From NCBI GenBank assembly GCA_900556185.1, contig USNN01000001.1, forward strand, positions 1-35,675: DNA of 35,675 nt. Direction: 5' to 3'. The notes under the pieces were generated by a model, which worked only from the letters and a program-made list of their open reading frames with translations, was not told the origin of the DNA and made no database searches. This DNA comes from an uncultured Eubacteriales bacterium (GTDB lineage Bacteria; Bacillota; Clostridia; Christensenellales; UBA1242). Position numbers and translations under genes: made by a program. Positions 1 through 10,018 of the stretch are shown here, in pieces (positions within the stretch are counted from its first letter, which is position 1; every line of letters begins with the position of its first letter).

Positions 1-67
1 TTGCGTCCGTGTACCAAAGTTCACAGTCGGTGTCTGTAAAAAATACACTACTCATAAATTGGTTCTC

Positions 68-640
68 CTATTTAACTATATTTTCTTTTTTTCTTAGCGT
101 ATTAAAGTGGATAAATAAAACACTGCTAATAAGTGCGGTTACAAGCCCAACACCAAATAAAATAAGGTTGGTGTCATCTTGCACTAAAAATTCTACTGGC
201 TTAGATTCACCATTAACTAAAACAGTAACTTCTGACACTCCCGTTGGAACAAAACCATACTTGTTTCCAACTCTTAAAACATCTTTACTTAAATCTATTT
301 TTTCGCCTGCTTTAACATTTTCTTTTACAACACTAGATACATACTCGGCTCGTTCGCTAGTTTTGTTATTTATGCCACTAAACTTAATATTTATAATTAC
401 ACTATTATAATCTTTTTCTGTATTATTTTTAAATTCGCCACTTAGTTTGACTTTATAATAAATTATGTCATTAATTTTTTCTGCGTCGCAACTTGCCATC
501 TCTAAATTATGAGAATAATCTGGCTCGTGGTAGTTAATGCTTTTAATGCTTGCCACGGTTAAAAAACCGACTGCTACAACAGCGAAAACTATTGCCACAA
601 TTAGTGTTATTAACTTTTTCTGCTTCACTTGAATAGTCAT
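68..640 (-). CDS. hypothetical membrane-anchored protein (single N-terminal TM helix)
   Basis: 190-aa ORF. It has an N-terminal Lys-rich stretch followed by the hydrophobic helix LITLIVAIVFAVVAVGFLTVASI. No recognisable catalytic motif. Confidence 0.55.
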   Translation of the reverse strand: MTIQVKQKKLITLIVAIVFAVVAVGFLTVASIKSINYHEPDYSHNLEMASCDAEKINDIIYYKVKLSGEFKNNTEKDYNSVIINIKFSGINNKTSERAEYVSSVVKENVKAGEKIDLSKDVLRVGNKYGFVPTGVSEVTVLVNGESKPVEFLVQDDTNLILFGVGLVTALISSVLFIHFNTLRKKENIVK

Positions 641-715
641 AAAATCCCTCTAACTAAATTATCGCACAATTATAAGCCCCGTGTCAATCTTTTTAATTAT
701 TAAAAAAAGCAACAA

Positions 716-1273
716 TCAAAGACTGTTGCTAAATGAAATTAGTTTATTATACGCATTTCTGGTTTTTGTAACCCTTTTAATGTAGTTTTTGGTTTCGGTT
801 ATCTCTATGCTTTCCACAATTTTTATATCTTCGCCGTTATATAGTTCTTGCATAACGCCTTCGCCCGCATTATACGAAAACAACACTTTGTTTAAATCGT
901 TGTATTTATTAAATAAATACCTAAGATAATAACACCCTATTTGAATATTAACATCTGGATTAAATAGCACACTTGAGTCATCGTAATCTAGCCCAAGTTT
1001 ATCTGCCACAAACTCGCCAGTTTTTGGCATTATTTGCATAAGCCCAATTGCCCCGCTTTTGCTTACAGATAGCGTGTTAAACCCGCTTTCTTCATTAATT
1101 ATAGAAAACACCAAACTCGGGTCTAGGTTATACTCATCTGAGTAATAAAACACTTCTTTCGAGTATGCAAATGGGTAGGCAAGTTTAATGTAACTTACCA
1201 CCCCTGCCAAAATAAAGCAACCTATGCTTAACCCCAGCAAAACTATTCTAAAAAACAAATATTTCTTTTTCAC
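716..1273 (-). CDS. lytic transglycosylase, SLT domain, N-terminal membrane anchor
   Basis: Classic SLT motifs are present: catalytic E-S in INEESGFN, then GLMQIMP and YNAGEG. An N-terminal TM helix is also present. Confidence 0.85.
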   Translation of the reverse strand: MKKKYLFFRIVLLGLSIGCFILAGVVSYIKLAYPFAYSKEVFYYSDEYNLDPSLVFSIINEESGFNTLSVSKSGAIGLMQIMPKTGEFVADKLGLDYDDSSVLFNPDVNIQIGCYYLRYLFNKYNDLNKVLFSYNAGEGVMQELYNGEDIKIVESIEITETKNYIKRVTKTRNAYNKLISFSNSL

Positions 1274-1311
1274 ACCATAATTGTAGCCGAGTTTTTATGG
1301 TTTTATTCATA

Positions 1312-3834
1312 TTAATGCCCTTCACTCCACCTATAACCTATGCTACCATCAGTATCTAGTGGAACACTTAATTTTATTGCGTTTTTCATACAATCTTTAA
1401 CTAATTTTAAAACCTTTTCTTGGTCTTCAGCTCTTGCATCCACAATAAGTTCATCATGCACCTGCATAATAAGATTTGCATCCAACTTTTGGTCTTTTAA
1501 CTCGTTAAACACTTTAACCATCGCCAGTTTAATAATATCCGATGCAGTCCCCTGAATTGGCATATTATAAGTTGCTCTTTCTGCTCTAGACCGTATTTGA
1601 TAGTTAGAACTATTAATATCGGTCATTTTTCTAGTTCTGCCTAAAATTGTGCTAACTCTACCCGTTTCTTTTGCGATCTCTACCGATTTTTCCATATATT
1701 CACGCACTTTTGGGTGAGCCGTAAAAAAGTTTTCTATGTATCGCTTTGCTTCACCAACCGAAATTTTAAGGTCATTAGATAAGCCAAAATCGCTAATTCC
1801 GTAAATAATACCAAAGTTAACTACCTTAGCTTGCCTTCGCATTTCACTGGTAACTAACTCACTTGGAACGCCAAATATTTCCATAGCGGTTTGCGTGTGA
1901 ATATCTAGGTTTTCGTTAAAAGCCTTTTTAAGTATCTCATCACCCGTAACATCGGCTAAAATTCTAAGTTCAATTTGAGAATAGTCCACATCAACCAAAA
2001 CTCTAGAAAAATCTCTAGCCACAAACATACTTCTAATTTCTCTAGATTCCGCACCCCTAATTGGCACATTTTGAAGATTAGGGTCAGATGACGAAAGTCT
2101 GCCAGTGCTTGTTAACGTTTGATTAAAACAAGTATGCACAAAGTCGTTATCGTCTAAATGCCCATACATATTTTTAATAAAACTATTCAAAAACTTTGCA
2201 ACTTTTCTATACCTAATAATTAATGGTATCATTGGGTGACGATCCACTATTTTTTCAAGTTCTTCACTAGCGGTGCTTTTCTTTTTAGACCTACTAAGCA
2301 TAAGGTCATCATAAATAATTTTAGATAATTGTTTTGGTGAATTTATATTAAACTCATACCCCACAAGGTCGTAAATTTCATTTGTTAACTCTTGTATCTC
2401 TTTTTCATACTTTCTGTCCAGTTCAACCAGCCTTTCTCGGTCCACCTTAAATCCAACTTGCTCCATATTAAATAGCACATCAGATAATGGTAACTCTAGG
2501 TCGGTGTATAGTTTTTTCATTCCCATACGCTCTAAATTTTCAAGATACTCTCCTTTTCTAGAAAGCATAACACTTGCCACTTCATTAATTTCGTCTGGGT
2601 GATTGAAAATGCTATTTACTTCGGTTACACTCTCACCAGATATTAAGTGCTTTGCTATCATACAGTCAAAAATATCGCCCTTTAACAAAACTCCAAACCG
2701 TGCTAAGACGTGCTTATCTTTTTTACTATCAAACACGACTTTTTTAATTTTTGCGTTTTCTAAGTATGGCTTTAAAGCGTTTATCACATCTTTTTCGTTT
2801 TCATTAGTTACCGCTAAAACAAATTCTGTTCCGCCCACCGATAAATGCAAACTCCCCGCACTAAAGAAAAACGCAAACTCCCCGCACCCGCTTAAAACCT
2901 TAGTTATATCGCTTGCATTTTCTAAACTAACTAGGTTAACTTTGTTAATTCTAACTTCGTTTGTTGCTTCGCTAGTTTCGAATATATCATCTCTTTTATA
3001 AAGAGATTTAAAGTCATTATATAAAAATAGTTCTTTAACTTCCTTACTAAATGGGAATTTAACTTCTAAGTCTTCAAGACTAACACCAAGGTCTTCATCG
3101 CACTTAATTTTAGCAAGTTTTAAACTCATATAAGCGTCATCACGGTAGGTTTCAAGTTTTTCTTTTAAACTACCCGTAATACTAGAAATATTTTCATAAA
3201 CGCCATCTAATGAACCATATTTACATATAAGGCTAAGGGCAGTTTTTTCGCCAACGCCTTTAACCCCAGGAATATTATCTGATGTATCCCCTTGCAACGC
3301 TTTCACATACACCATCTGGCTAGGCGTTAAATTAAACATATTAAATATTTCGGCTTCATCGAGTATTTTTATATCGCTTAAGCCTTTTTTGTTTAAATAT
3401 ACAACTGTGTTTTTATCCACAAGTTGGTAACTATCTCTATCTCCAGTAACAATAACTTTGTTTATATGTTTAAAGGTATTTACCAAACTACCAATAACAT
3501 CATCACCTTCAATACCCTGCTTTTCAACTATTTTAACACCCATAGTTTTAAGCATACTCTTAACTGGCTCAACTTGACTTCTTAGGTCTTCTGGCATAGG
3601 CTTCCTTGTGGCTTTATAACCATCATAAATACCATTTCTAAAAGTAATTTTGCCGGCATCAAAGGCAACCGCTAAATACTTTGGGCTATATTTTGTTATT
3701 ATTTCAGTTATAACCTTGCTAAAACCAAACAAAGCCCCCGTGTATTCGCCATGACGATTGGTTAGCCCAGGCAAAGCATAATATTCTCTATATAATATAC
3801 TGTTTCCGTCTATAATAAAAAGTGTGTTTTCCAT
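1312..3834 (-). CDS. polA: DNA polymerase I
   Basis: 840 aa. The N-terminal 5'-3' exonuclease/FEN region carries GDxSDNIPGVKGVGEKTA. Family A polymerase motifs are DYSQIELR, RRQAKVVNFGIIYG and QVHDEL. The central region shows no obvious DxE proofreading motif, so it is probably exo-deficient. Confidence 0.97.
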   Translation of the reverse strand: MENTLFIIDGNSILYREYYALPGLTNRHGEYTGALFGFSKVITEIITKYSPKYLAVAFDAGKITFRNGIYDGYKATRKPMPEDLRSQVEPVKSMLKTMGVKIVEKQGIEGDDVIGSLVNTFKHINKVIVTGDRDSYQLVDKNTVVYLNKKGLSDIKILDEAEIFNMFNLTPSQMVYVKALQGDTSDNIPGVKGVGEKTALSLICKYGSLDGVYENISSITGSLKEKLETYRDDAYMSLKLAKIKCDEDLGVSLEDLEVKFPFSKEVKELFLYNDFKSLYKRDDIFETSEATNEVRINKVNLVSLENASDITKVLSGCGEFAFFFSAGSLHLSVGGTEFVLAVTNENEKDVINALKPYLENAKIKKVVFDSKKDKHVLARFGVLLKGDIFDCMIAKHLISGESVTEVNSIFNHPDEINEVASVMLSRKGEYLENLERMGMKKLYTDLELPLSDVLFNMEQVGFKVDRERLVELDRKYEKEIQELTNEIYDLVGYEFNINSPKQLSKIIYDDLMLSRSKKKSTASEELEKIVDRHPMIPLIIRYRKVAKFLNSFIKNMYGHLDDNDFVHTCFNQTLTSTGRLSSSDPNLQNVPIRGAESREIRSMFVARDFSRVLVDVDYSQIELRILADVTGDEILKKAFNENLDIHTQTAMEIFGVPSELVTSEMRRQAKVVNFGIIYGISDFGLSNDLKISVGEAKRYIENFFTAHPKVREYMEKSVEIAKETGRVSTILGRTRKMTDINSSNYQIRSRAERATYNMPIQGTASDIIKLAMVKVFNELKDQKLDANLIMQVHDELIVDARAEDQEKVLKLVKDCMKNAIKLSVPLDTDGSIGYRWSEGH

Positions 3835-3969
3835 AAGTTTCTCCTATGGTTAGTATACCACAACGACTTGCTTGTTATCAATTTAAAATTTCCAGATTTT
3901 TAAAATGCTTGCAATATAAACGAGTTTTTTGTATAATAATAAGAACACTACAAAATTTTAGGATTAAAA

Positions 3970-5403
3970 ATGCGAAAATACTTAATAATTACAGTAACCG
4001 CAGGCGAAGGTCATAACTCAATGGCAAAAGCATTGCGTGAAAAATTAGAAGAAGACAAAAATAACGTTGTTAAAGTTATAGATATATTTAAAGCATACGG
4101 CAAACCAGGTAAAGTTGGCTTTATTAATGATGGCTACTTAAATGCGTGCAAATACGCTTTGCCACTATATAACCTTGTGTTTAGAAATATGCAACTAATT
4201 GACCCGCTAGAAAAAAATAATAGTATCGCTCAAAACTGGCTAGAATATGAAACACCTCTACTTATAAACGATATTTATAGTTTTAAGCCAGACGTTATTA
4301 TCGGCACCCACTTTTATAGTGGTATTATGATAACCAACCTAAAAAAGCGATTTGTTATTCCAGCAAAATCAGTTAGTTTATTAACCGACTACACCGTGCA
4401 CCCATTCCACGAATGTGCTACTGGCATAGACTACCTTATAACTCCAACAGAAATATTACACCCTCAACTTGAGTTTAAGGGTTATAAACCTAGCCAACTT
4501 GTGCCACTAGGAATACCAGTAAGAAAAGAGTTTTCGGTAGAAATAGACAAAACCACCGCAAGAAAAATGCTTAATATAAACCCAAATATGTTTACCGTAT
4601 TTATATCTATTGGCGGTGGCGGTTTTGGTGGTAGCGATAAGATACTTAAAAAATTATTAAAAATTGATAGCCCTATTCAAATTATAGTGGTAAACGGCAA
4701 AAACAAAGAAGCCTACAAAAGAATTAATAATATAATAGAAAACACCGAAACAAACCACAAAATAATCAACTACGGCTTTGTTAATAATATAGATGTTATA
4801 ATGAGTGCTAGTGATTGCATTGTGGGAAAATGTGGTGCAACTGTATTAAATGAAGCACTAAATAAACGCAAGGTTTTAATTTTAAATGATAAACTTGCCC
4901 AACAAGAATACGATAATATGATGTATCTGTCTTCAAATAACGCGTGCATAAGAGTTAGCAAATATTTCCCAGTGGAATTAATTGTTGAATATTTATCTAA
5001 AAACCCACAAATTTTAGATAAGATTGAGCAATACATAAACAAAATACGAAGACCAAACGCATTAACTGACATTGTAAACTTTGTTTCTGGTTTAAACTCC
5101 GACCCATACCCAGAAAACAGCACCATATTAACCGAGTCTGAAATAAAAGAACTCCGTCAAGAACTAAAGAAATTAAACACACTAGAAGCCCATTCTATAA
5201 AAGAGAATGTAAAACTACAAAAACAATTAGATAAACTATTTAAAGACAAGGCTATATTAAAAGCCGAAAAAAAACAGTCTAAAGAAAACAAAGACCAACT
5301 AAAGCAATTAATGAAACAAACAAAAAGCACAATATACACCGACCCAGAATACGCTTCCGACCACACCTCATCATTGCTTGGCGTTGAAAAACTAAAAAAT
5401 TAA
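3970..5403 (+). CDS. GT28 monogalactosyl/diglucosyl-diacylglycerol synthase-like glycolipid glycosyltransferase (UgtP/MGDG-synthase family) with a coiled-coil C-terminal extension
   Basis: The N-terminus LIITVTAGEGHNSMAKAL matches the MGDG-synthase G-x-GH signature. A C-terminal GT-B half follows (GGGGFG, GKCGATVLNEAL). The last ~90 aa are Lys/Glu/Gln-rich. Confidence 0.75.
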   Translation: MRKYLIITVTAGEGHNSMAKALREKLEEDKNNVVKVIDIFKAYGKPGKVGFINDGYLNACKYALPLYNLVFRNMQLIDPLEKNNSIAQNWLEYETPLLINDIYSFKPDVIIGTHFYSGIMITNLKKRFVIPAKSVSLLTDYTVHPFHECATGIDYLITPTEILHPQLEFKGYKPSQLVPLGIPVRKEFSVEIDKTTARKMLNINPNMFTVFISIGGGGFGGSDKILKKLLKIDSPIQIIVVNGKNKEAYKRINNIIENTETNHKIINYGFVNNIDVIMSASDCIVGKCGATVLNEALNKRKVLILNDKLAQQEYDNMMYLSSNNACIRVSKYFPVELIVEYLSKNPQILDKIEQYINKIRRPNALTDIVNFVSGLNSDPYPENSTILTESEIKELRQELKKLNTLEAHSIKENVKLQKQLDKLFKDKAILKAEKKQSKENKDQLKQLMKQTKSTIYTDPEYASDHTSSLLGVEKLKN

Positions 5404-5412
5404 AAGAAAATT

Positions 5413-5478
5413 AAAAAGCATTACCCGTTTTAAACTGTCCGCTTTTATGAGACAATTCATTGGGATAATGCTTTTTAT
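5413..5478. terminator. bidirectional hairpin between convergent genes
   Basis: The arms AGCATTACCC (5417-5426) and GGGATAATGCT (5462-5472) pair. An A-run precedes them and a T-run follows. The loop is long. Confidence 0.45.
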
Positions 5479-5922
5479 TTATATTTCTTCTTCAGATTCG
5501 TTAAGTAATTCATCGAATATTTCTAGTTCTAATTTTGCAGATTCAGGCTTATCTGATGAGTGAATAACATTTTCGGTCATTCTCATTTCCTTACCCAGCA
5601 TTTTTGGAATATCATACCTAATTGACCCAGCTTCAGGATTATTGGTTGGTCCTGCTAATTCTCTAATAACAGCAATTGCATTTTCGCCTTCTACTCTCAT
5701 TCCATAAGCCTTGTCGCCTGTTATGTATGCTTCTAGTTTTGGATAAAATTCTCGGTGTATGTGTTCATGATAGTGTCTTTTAGCACGGCTTTTATCGTAT
5801 CTAATAAAGCCTTCATCAAGTATTTCAATTCCGTTTGCTTTTAGTCTTGCTTTAACTTCGTCTATAACTCTTTGGTCGTTAGCAAATTCTGGTTTTACCA
5901 TTACATAAGATATTTGTTTCAT
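5479..5922 (-). CDS. ndk: nucleoside-diphosphate kinase
   Basis: NDK motifs are present: VMVKPE, HYxEH...FYP, GPTNP..A..GSIR, and NVIHSSD containing the active-site His. The usual form of that last motif is HGSD. Confidence 0.88.
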   Translation of the reverse strand: MKQISYVMVKPEFANDQRVIDEVKARLKANGIEILDEGFIRYDKSRAKRHYHEHIHREFYPKLEAYITGDKAYGMRVEGENAIAVIRELAGPTNNPEAGSIRYDIPKMLGKEMRMTENVIHSSDKPESAKLELEIFDELLNESEEEI

Positions 5923-6033
5923 AAATTCCTTCCTTATTGTTTTTACTAAAATATAATAACATAAAAATTTAAAACTTTCACTATATTTTAAAAATTTTTA
6001 TAAAAAATCTCCACTAAATTTAGTGGAGAAATT

Positions 6034-7638
6034 TTAACTATAAAGCATGAGCATTTTAGATGGATTAAACCCATCGCTAGGTATTTCTGCATATAATGAA
6101 ATATGTGAACTTGTGTAGTCTATTGTTGTTTCGCCAATTGTTGCTGGCAAGGTGTACTTATTGTTCTTTTCGTAGCCTAATGCTTTTAAGTCGTAAGTGT
6201 TACCTTCATAATTTAGTTTAAGGGTATACTTACTGCCATCTAGCACACCAGTTATAGGAGAACCGCCATTACTGCTTATAACTTTATTTGTATATTCAGC
6301 AAATAGTGTTGGGTTAATTTCCAGCCCTGCTTCTAATGATGTTATATTAAATTGCTTTGTAACATTTGTAAGCTTGTTTCTATAAATTGTAACAGGAACA
6401 TAGCAAACAAGGTTATTATAAACAAACTTAACCTTAACCGACCTAGACTCTGCGTTTTTAAAACTATCCACCCACAAAGCACTTATGTTACCCTTATTTA
6501 AGGTGTAACCCATACCCACGGTAGTTTCAGCAAAGTTAGATTCACTTAGGTTACTTGTTTCAATTCGGTCGTCACTATAATAGTAGGTCATTAGCATTTC
6601 TCTAGAATTAAAGTGCTCACCATCATAATACTCAAGTTTTGCATTTTCACCAATGCTAATGTAATATAAAACAAGGTCAATTTTTTTCTTACTAAAGTTA
6701 AACCCAACAAAAAAGTATACAAGCATACCAATAATATAAATACTGGCAAGGCTAAGTGCAACAACCCATGGCTTTAGTGGTTTTCGTTTCTTTTTAGGCT
6801 TTTTAACTACCACTGGTTCAGCCTTAGGCAAATCAACTGCAACTGAACTATTGCCAACTAAGCCATCTGCTATAGCGGTGCCTTTTAGGTTTGGTTTTTC
6901 ATTTGGGTTTATGGCGGTGCTGGTTATATGCGTACCCGTTTCACCCGAACGCACACCCTTACTAGAACTATTGCCAATTGTTCGGTTATATTTATCATCG
7001 GTAACGGCGTTTTCTAGTGCCACCACATCTTTATCTGGCTCCACTTCTGGCTCTGCCGATGAGTCCTCAATTTCCTCTACTAAATCGGTGTTAACGGCTT
7101 CCATAGGTTTAGAATTTTGCTCGTTAAACCCACCAACTCTCTCGCCCCGCTCTAACCTTTCAAGAAAAGCATATTTACTCATAAGCCTCTCTTTCTTTTC
7201 TTCTCTAGCTTCTTCCTTGGCTTCTTTTTCGGCTTCAATTTGGGCTGGTGTTTCTTTATTTAGGTCGGCTTCGGTTAGTTCCACCTCTGGTTCGTCTTCT
7301 ATTATCTCGTCTTCAATTACTTCTTCTTCTGGGTGCTTTAACCTAACCTTTTTTTGCTCGTTTTTATCTAAAACGGTTATATCCTTATCGGTTTCAGCGA
7401 CAAACACTTCGCCTTCTTCCATAAAGCCAAAAGTTTCTGGCAAAATGCCACTACTAGCGGTTCTTCTAACAAGCTTTCCTTCAACCGTTCGGACAACCAC
7501 ACTTTTTTCTTCTTTTTTAATAAGCCTTTCGTCTGGCTTAATTAGTGTTATGTTGGCAGAAGACTTGCTTCCAGCATTATTAAGTTTTGTGACTTCACTA
7601 TTACTCAATTTTTCTTCTCCCACCTTATCATTGGTCAA
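6034..7638 (-). CDS. hypothetical membrane protein: acidic, probably disordered N-terminal half, one TM helix, C-terminal beta-rich domain
   Basis: 534-aa ORF. The N-terminal half is Glu/Lys-rich. A KKPKKKRKPLKP stretch precedes the TM helix WVVALSLASIYIIGMLVYFFVGF. Confidence 0.7.
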   Translation of the reverse strand: MTNDKVGEEKLSNSEVTKLNNAGSKSSANITLIKPDERLIKKEEKSVVVRTVEGKLVRRTASSGILPETFGFMEEGEVFVAETDKDITVLDKNEQKKVRLKHPEEEVIEDEIIEDEPEVELTEADLNKETPAQIEAEKEAKEEAREEKKERLMSKYAFLERLERGERVGGFNEQNSKPMEAVNTDLVEEIEDSSAEPEVEPDKDVVALENAVTDDKYNRTIGNSSSKGVRSGETGTHITSTAINPNEKPNLKGTAIADGLVGNSSVAVDLPKAEPVVVKKPKKKRKPLKPWVVALSLASIYIIGMLVYFFVGFNFSKKKIDLVLYYISIGENAKLEYYDGEHFNSREMLMTYYYSDDRIETSNLSESNFAETTVGMGYTLNKGNISALWVDSFKNAESRSVKVKFVYNNLVCYVPVTIYRNKLTNVTKQFNITSLEAGLEINPTLFAEYTNKVISSNGGSPITGVLDGSKYTLKLNYEGNTYDLKALGYEKNNKYTLPATIGETTIDYTSSHISLYAEIPSDGFNPSKMLMLYS

Positions 7639-7743
7639 TTTTAATTACACTTAGTATATACTAAACTAAATTATTTAGTCAAACGAAATTGCCCACTTTA
7701 GACATTTTGCAAAAATTTTTACAACCCAAAACAAAGGTCAATA

Positions 7744-7772
7744 TTGACAATTAAAAACACCTATGATATACT
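7744..7772 (+). promoter_or_regulatory. sigma-70-type promoter for the 7812 gene
   Basis: TTGACA (7744-7749), a 17-nt spacer, then TATACT (7767-7772). A GGGGGA ribosome-binding site precedes the ATG. Confidence 0.65.
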
Positions 7773-7811
7773 AAAAATATAATAAAGCGAAGTAAAATCA
7801 AGGGGGAAATT

Positions 7812-8210
7812 ATGGAAAGAAATACCGATATTATCACCTGCCCAAACGGCATGAGTTTTTCACTTTTGGTATCTGCACGAAACGGAATTATTGAAGCACA
7901 AAAAAAAGGTTTGTCTCGTCAAAAATTTGTTCCATCTATGCAAGATATAATTAACGACTATTACGCGATGAAGTTTATTAATGACACAAGCATAGATTCT
8001 GTAGCCACACTTGTAAAGTTTTGTGATTTAACCAACCAATACCTAACTATTGTAAATCACATTTATCAAAGTGCAAAATTAACTCCAGAAGCCAGCAAAA
8101 CTTTGGCAGAAATTAGAGTTAGCACTGGCAAAATTTATCAAAAACTTCAACAGGAAGTAAATAGCACACTTGCCCACATTAAAGCGCAAGAACAAATCGC
8201 AAAAGAGTAG
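7812..8210 (+). CDS. hypothetical protein
   Basis: 132-aa ORF with its own promoter, a ribosome-binding site (AAGGGGGA) and a terminator. No recognisable domain. Confidence 0.6.
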   Translation: MERNTDIITCPNGMSFSLLVSARNGIIEAQKKGLSRQKFVPSMQDIINDYYAMKFINDTSIDSVATLVKFCDLTNQYLTIVNHIYQSAKLTPEASKTLAEIRVSTGKIYQKLQQEVNSTLAHIKAQEQIAKE

Positions 8211-8235
8211 AGAATTTTCTCTACTCTTTTCTTTT
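8205..8235 (+). terminator. rho-independent terminator
   Basis: GAGTAGAGA (8205-8213) pairs with TCTCTACTC (8218-8226) around a 4-nt loop. A T-rich tract follows. Confidence 0.8.
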
Positions 8236-8863
8236 TACTTTTCACCTAAATAGGTCATTGGGTTTACAGGGTTTCCATCTTTATAGGTTTCTAAATGAAT
8301 GTGATTGCCTAGTTTACTTTCACTCATACTAGAGTTAGACGCCGTGCCAATAACGTCACCCTTATTAACGGTTTGACCGACTTTAACGGCAACGTCAGAG
8401 CCAAGCGAAGAATACACCGTAGTTAACCCGTCTGCGTGTTCAATAGTTATAACTGTGCCAGTTAAATTATCATAGTCTATACACCAGCATAACACGCATA
8501 CACATTAGTGTCATCGGTTGCAACAAAATCTACACCAAGGTGAGTTGTCCATTCGCCAAGCGTTTCATTTTTGACAAGTTTGGTTTCTGAATATGTGTGA
8601 CCTAGTGTATAATTTTTTAGCGGAAACTCAAACACAATTTGTTCACTTGCAGTTGCTTGTGATTCTGGCGGATTGGTAGATACGACTTCTGATTGTGGGT
8701 CATCTATCGGAACTTTCTTTTTAGCATTATTAGCTCTTACAATTGCAGTAATACCTAAACTAAGTGCCAAGAAAAACGCACACCCCACAACTAAAAGTGA
8801 ATAACTATTTCTTTTTATAAACCCCTTTATCCTTTTTGATAATGATTGACTATTATTTTTCAT
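8235..8863 (-). pseudogene. M23 (LytM-type) metallopeptidase split by a 1-nt frameshift
   Basis: ORF 8477-8863 carries the membrane anchor and the HxxxD motif (HLGVDF), and ends ...VYACYAGV*. ORF 8235-8495 continues the family in another frame (IDYDNLTGTVITIEHADGLTTVYSSL...GNHIHLE, the HxH motif). Adding one nucleotide at GGTGTA|TAGAC restores a single frame. Confidence 0.8.
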
Positions 8864-8924
8864 AACGAACTCCTTTAAATTTCTAAACTAATGATAACCG
8901 CCGTTCGTTATTTTATACACACCA

Positions 8925-8957
8925 AATAAAAAAAGTAGGCAAAATTATTTACCTACT
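8925..8957 (-). terminator. rho-independent terminator overlapping the stop of the flippase-like gene
   Basis: AGTAGG (8934-8939) pairs with CCTACT (8952-8957). On the minus strand a T7 run follows. Confidence 0.65.
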
Positions 8958-10018
8958 TTAATTTCTTGGACTTTCCTTTTAAAGCAACTGGCTAGCAAGT
9001 TGGTTATGCTTAAAATAAAGCCTTGAATAATTGTCATATAATAACTTGCAAATCTCCAAATTAAAAATCCCCACACCACAAAGTTTGGTCCTATAATAGA
9101 ACTAAACAAAATAACAAAAGATATTTCCATCATACCCGTGCCCCCAGGCAAAGGAATGTAAGCGGATGCAAAATAACAAATATAATACTTAATTAAACAC
9201 TCACCCCAAAATTCAAAAAAGGCATAGTTAGATGCAAAAGTTATATCGGTAAGCCCAAGGGTTACAAAAAATGGAATAGACGCAAGTGCAAGCACCTCAA
9301 CTATAACTAACACAACAGATAATAATAATGTAACCATATGTCGCTTTAGATAGTCTATACTACTTCTATACTCGCTAACTTGGTTAATAATTTTTTTGTA
9401 TGCTGTGCGGTAGTTTTTAAATATGTGCAACTTATAGCCCACTTTAACCATAGTTCGGGCTAAACTTCGCCCCACAACCTTGCTGTTTGCAATAATAAAC
9501 ATAGCAAGAAAATACAAGGTATTTAATATAAGCCCAATGTACGCTAAAATTTCTAATATGCCAATTAAAATGTTAATAAATCCATTTCCGCCCGTAATGT
9601 TTGGAATATGCACCACAAACAAAAATATAGATACAAAAATAGTAGCAAAATTTATAAGCGTAACCCTAATTATAGGAATACTGGTTGCAACGCCGGGTGA
9701 AACCTTGTGTTGAGATAAATACACAATTTGTGCAGGTTGCCCGCCAAGGTTTAGTGGCGTAATGGCTTCGTAATATTTTCCAAGACTACTTGCCTGATAC
9801 GACACCCCAAACCTAAACTTTTTCGTTGTTGTTTTTAAAATTAGGGCAATTAGCAGAGTATCTGCAACCGTAACAATAATAAAGCATAAAATTGTCCACC
9901 ACAAATAATTAAGCCTGCCACCTTGAACATCAATAAGATTAGATAAACTTGCATCGTCCGCACTCTTAATTAGGTTAGACGCTAAAATATACACTAAAAA
10001 TAGGTTAACAAAAAGCAA
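8945..10018 (-). CDS. lysylphosphatidylglycerol-synthase-TM-like (flippase-like, UPF0104) polytopic membrane protein; the 5' end is probably interrupted
   Basis: Multi-TM protein with family-typical segments (LNLGGQPAQ, PLPGGTGMMEISF). The only start in this frame is a TTG inside the first TM helix. The frame stays open upstream to 10126 without an ATG, GTG or TTG. Confidence 0.75.
   Translation of the reverse strand: MLFVNLFLVYILASNLIKSADDASLSNLIDVQGGRLNYLWWTILCFIIVTVADTLLIALILKTTTKKFRFGVSYQASSLGKYYEAITPLNLGGQPAQIVYLSQHKVSPGVATSIPIIRVTLINFATIFVSIFLFVVHIPNITGGNGFINILIGILEILAYIGLILNTLYFLAMFIIANSKVVGRSLARTMVKVGYKLHIFKNYRTAYKKIINQVSEYRSSIDYLKRHMVTLLLSVVLVIVEVLALASIPFFVTLGLTDITFASNYAFFEFWGECLIKYYICYFASAYIPLPGGTGMMEISFVILFSSIIGPNFVVWGFLIWRFASYYMTIIQGFILSITNLLASCFKRKVQEIKVGK

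Noticed and set aside
6851-7654. 267-aa plus-strand ORF, Ser/Thr/Leu-rich
   Set aside because: It lies entirely antisense to the 534-aa minus-strand gene. Its low-complexity composition is the mirror image of the Glu/Lys-rich sense frame. It has no ribosome-binding site or promoter.
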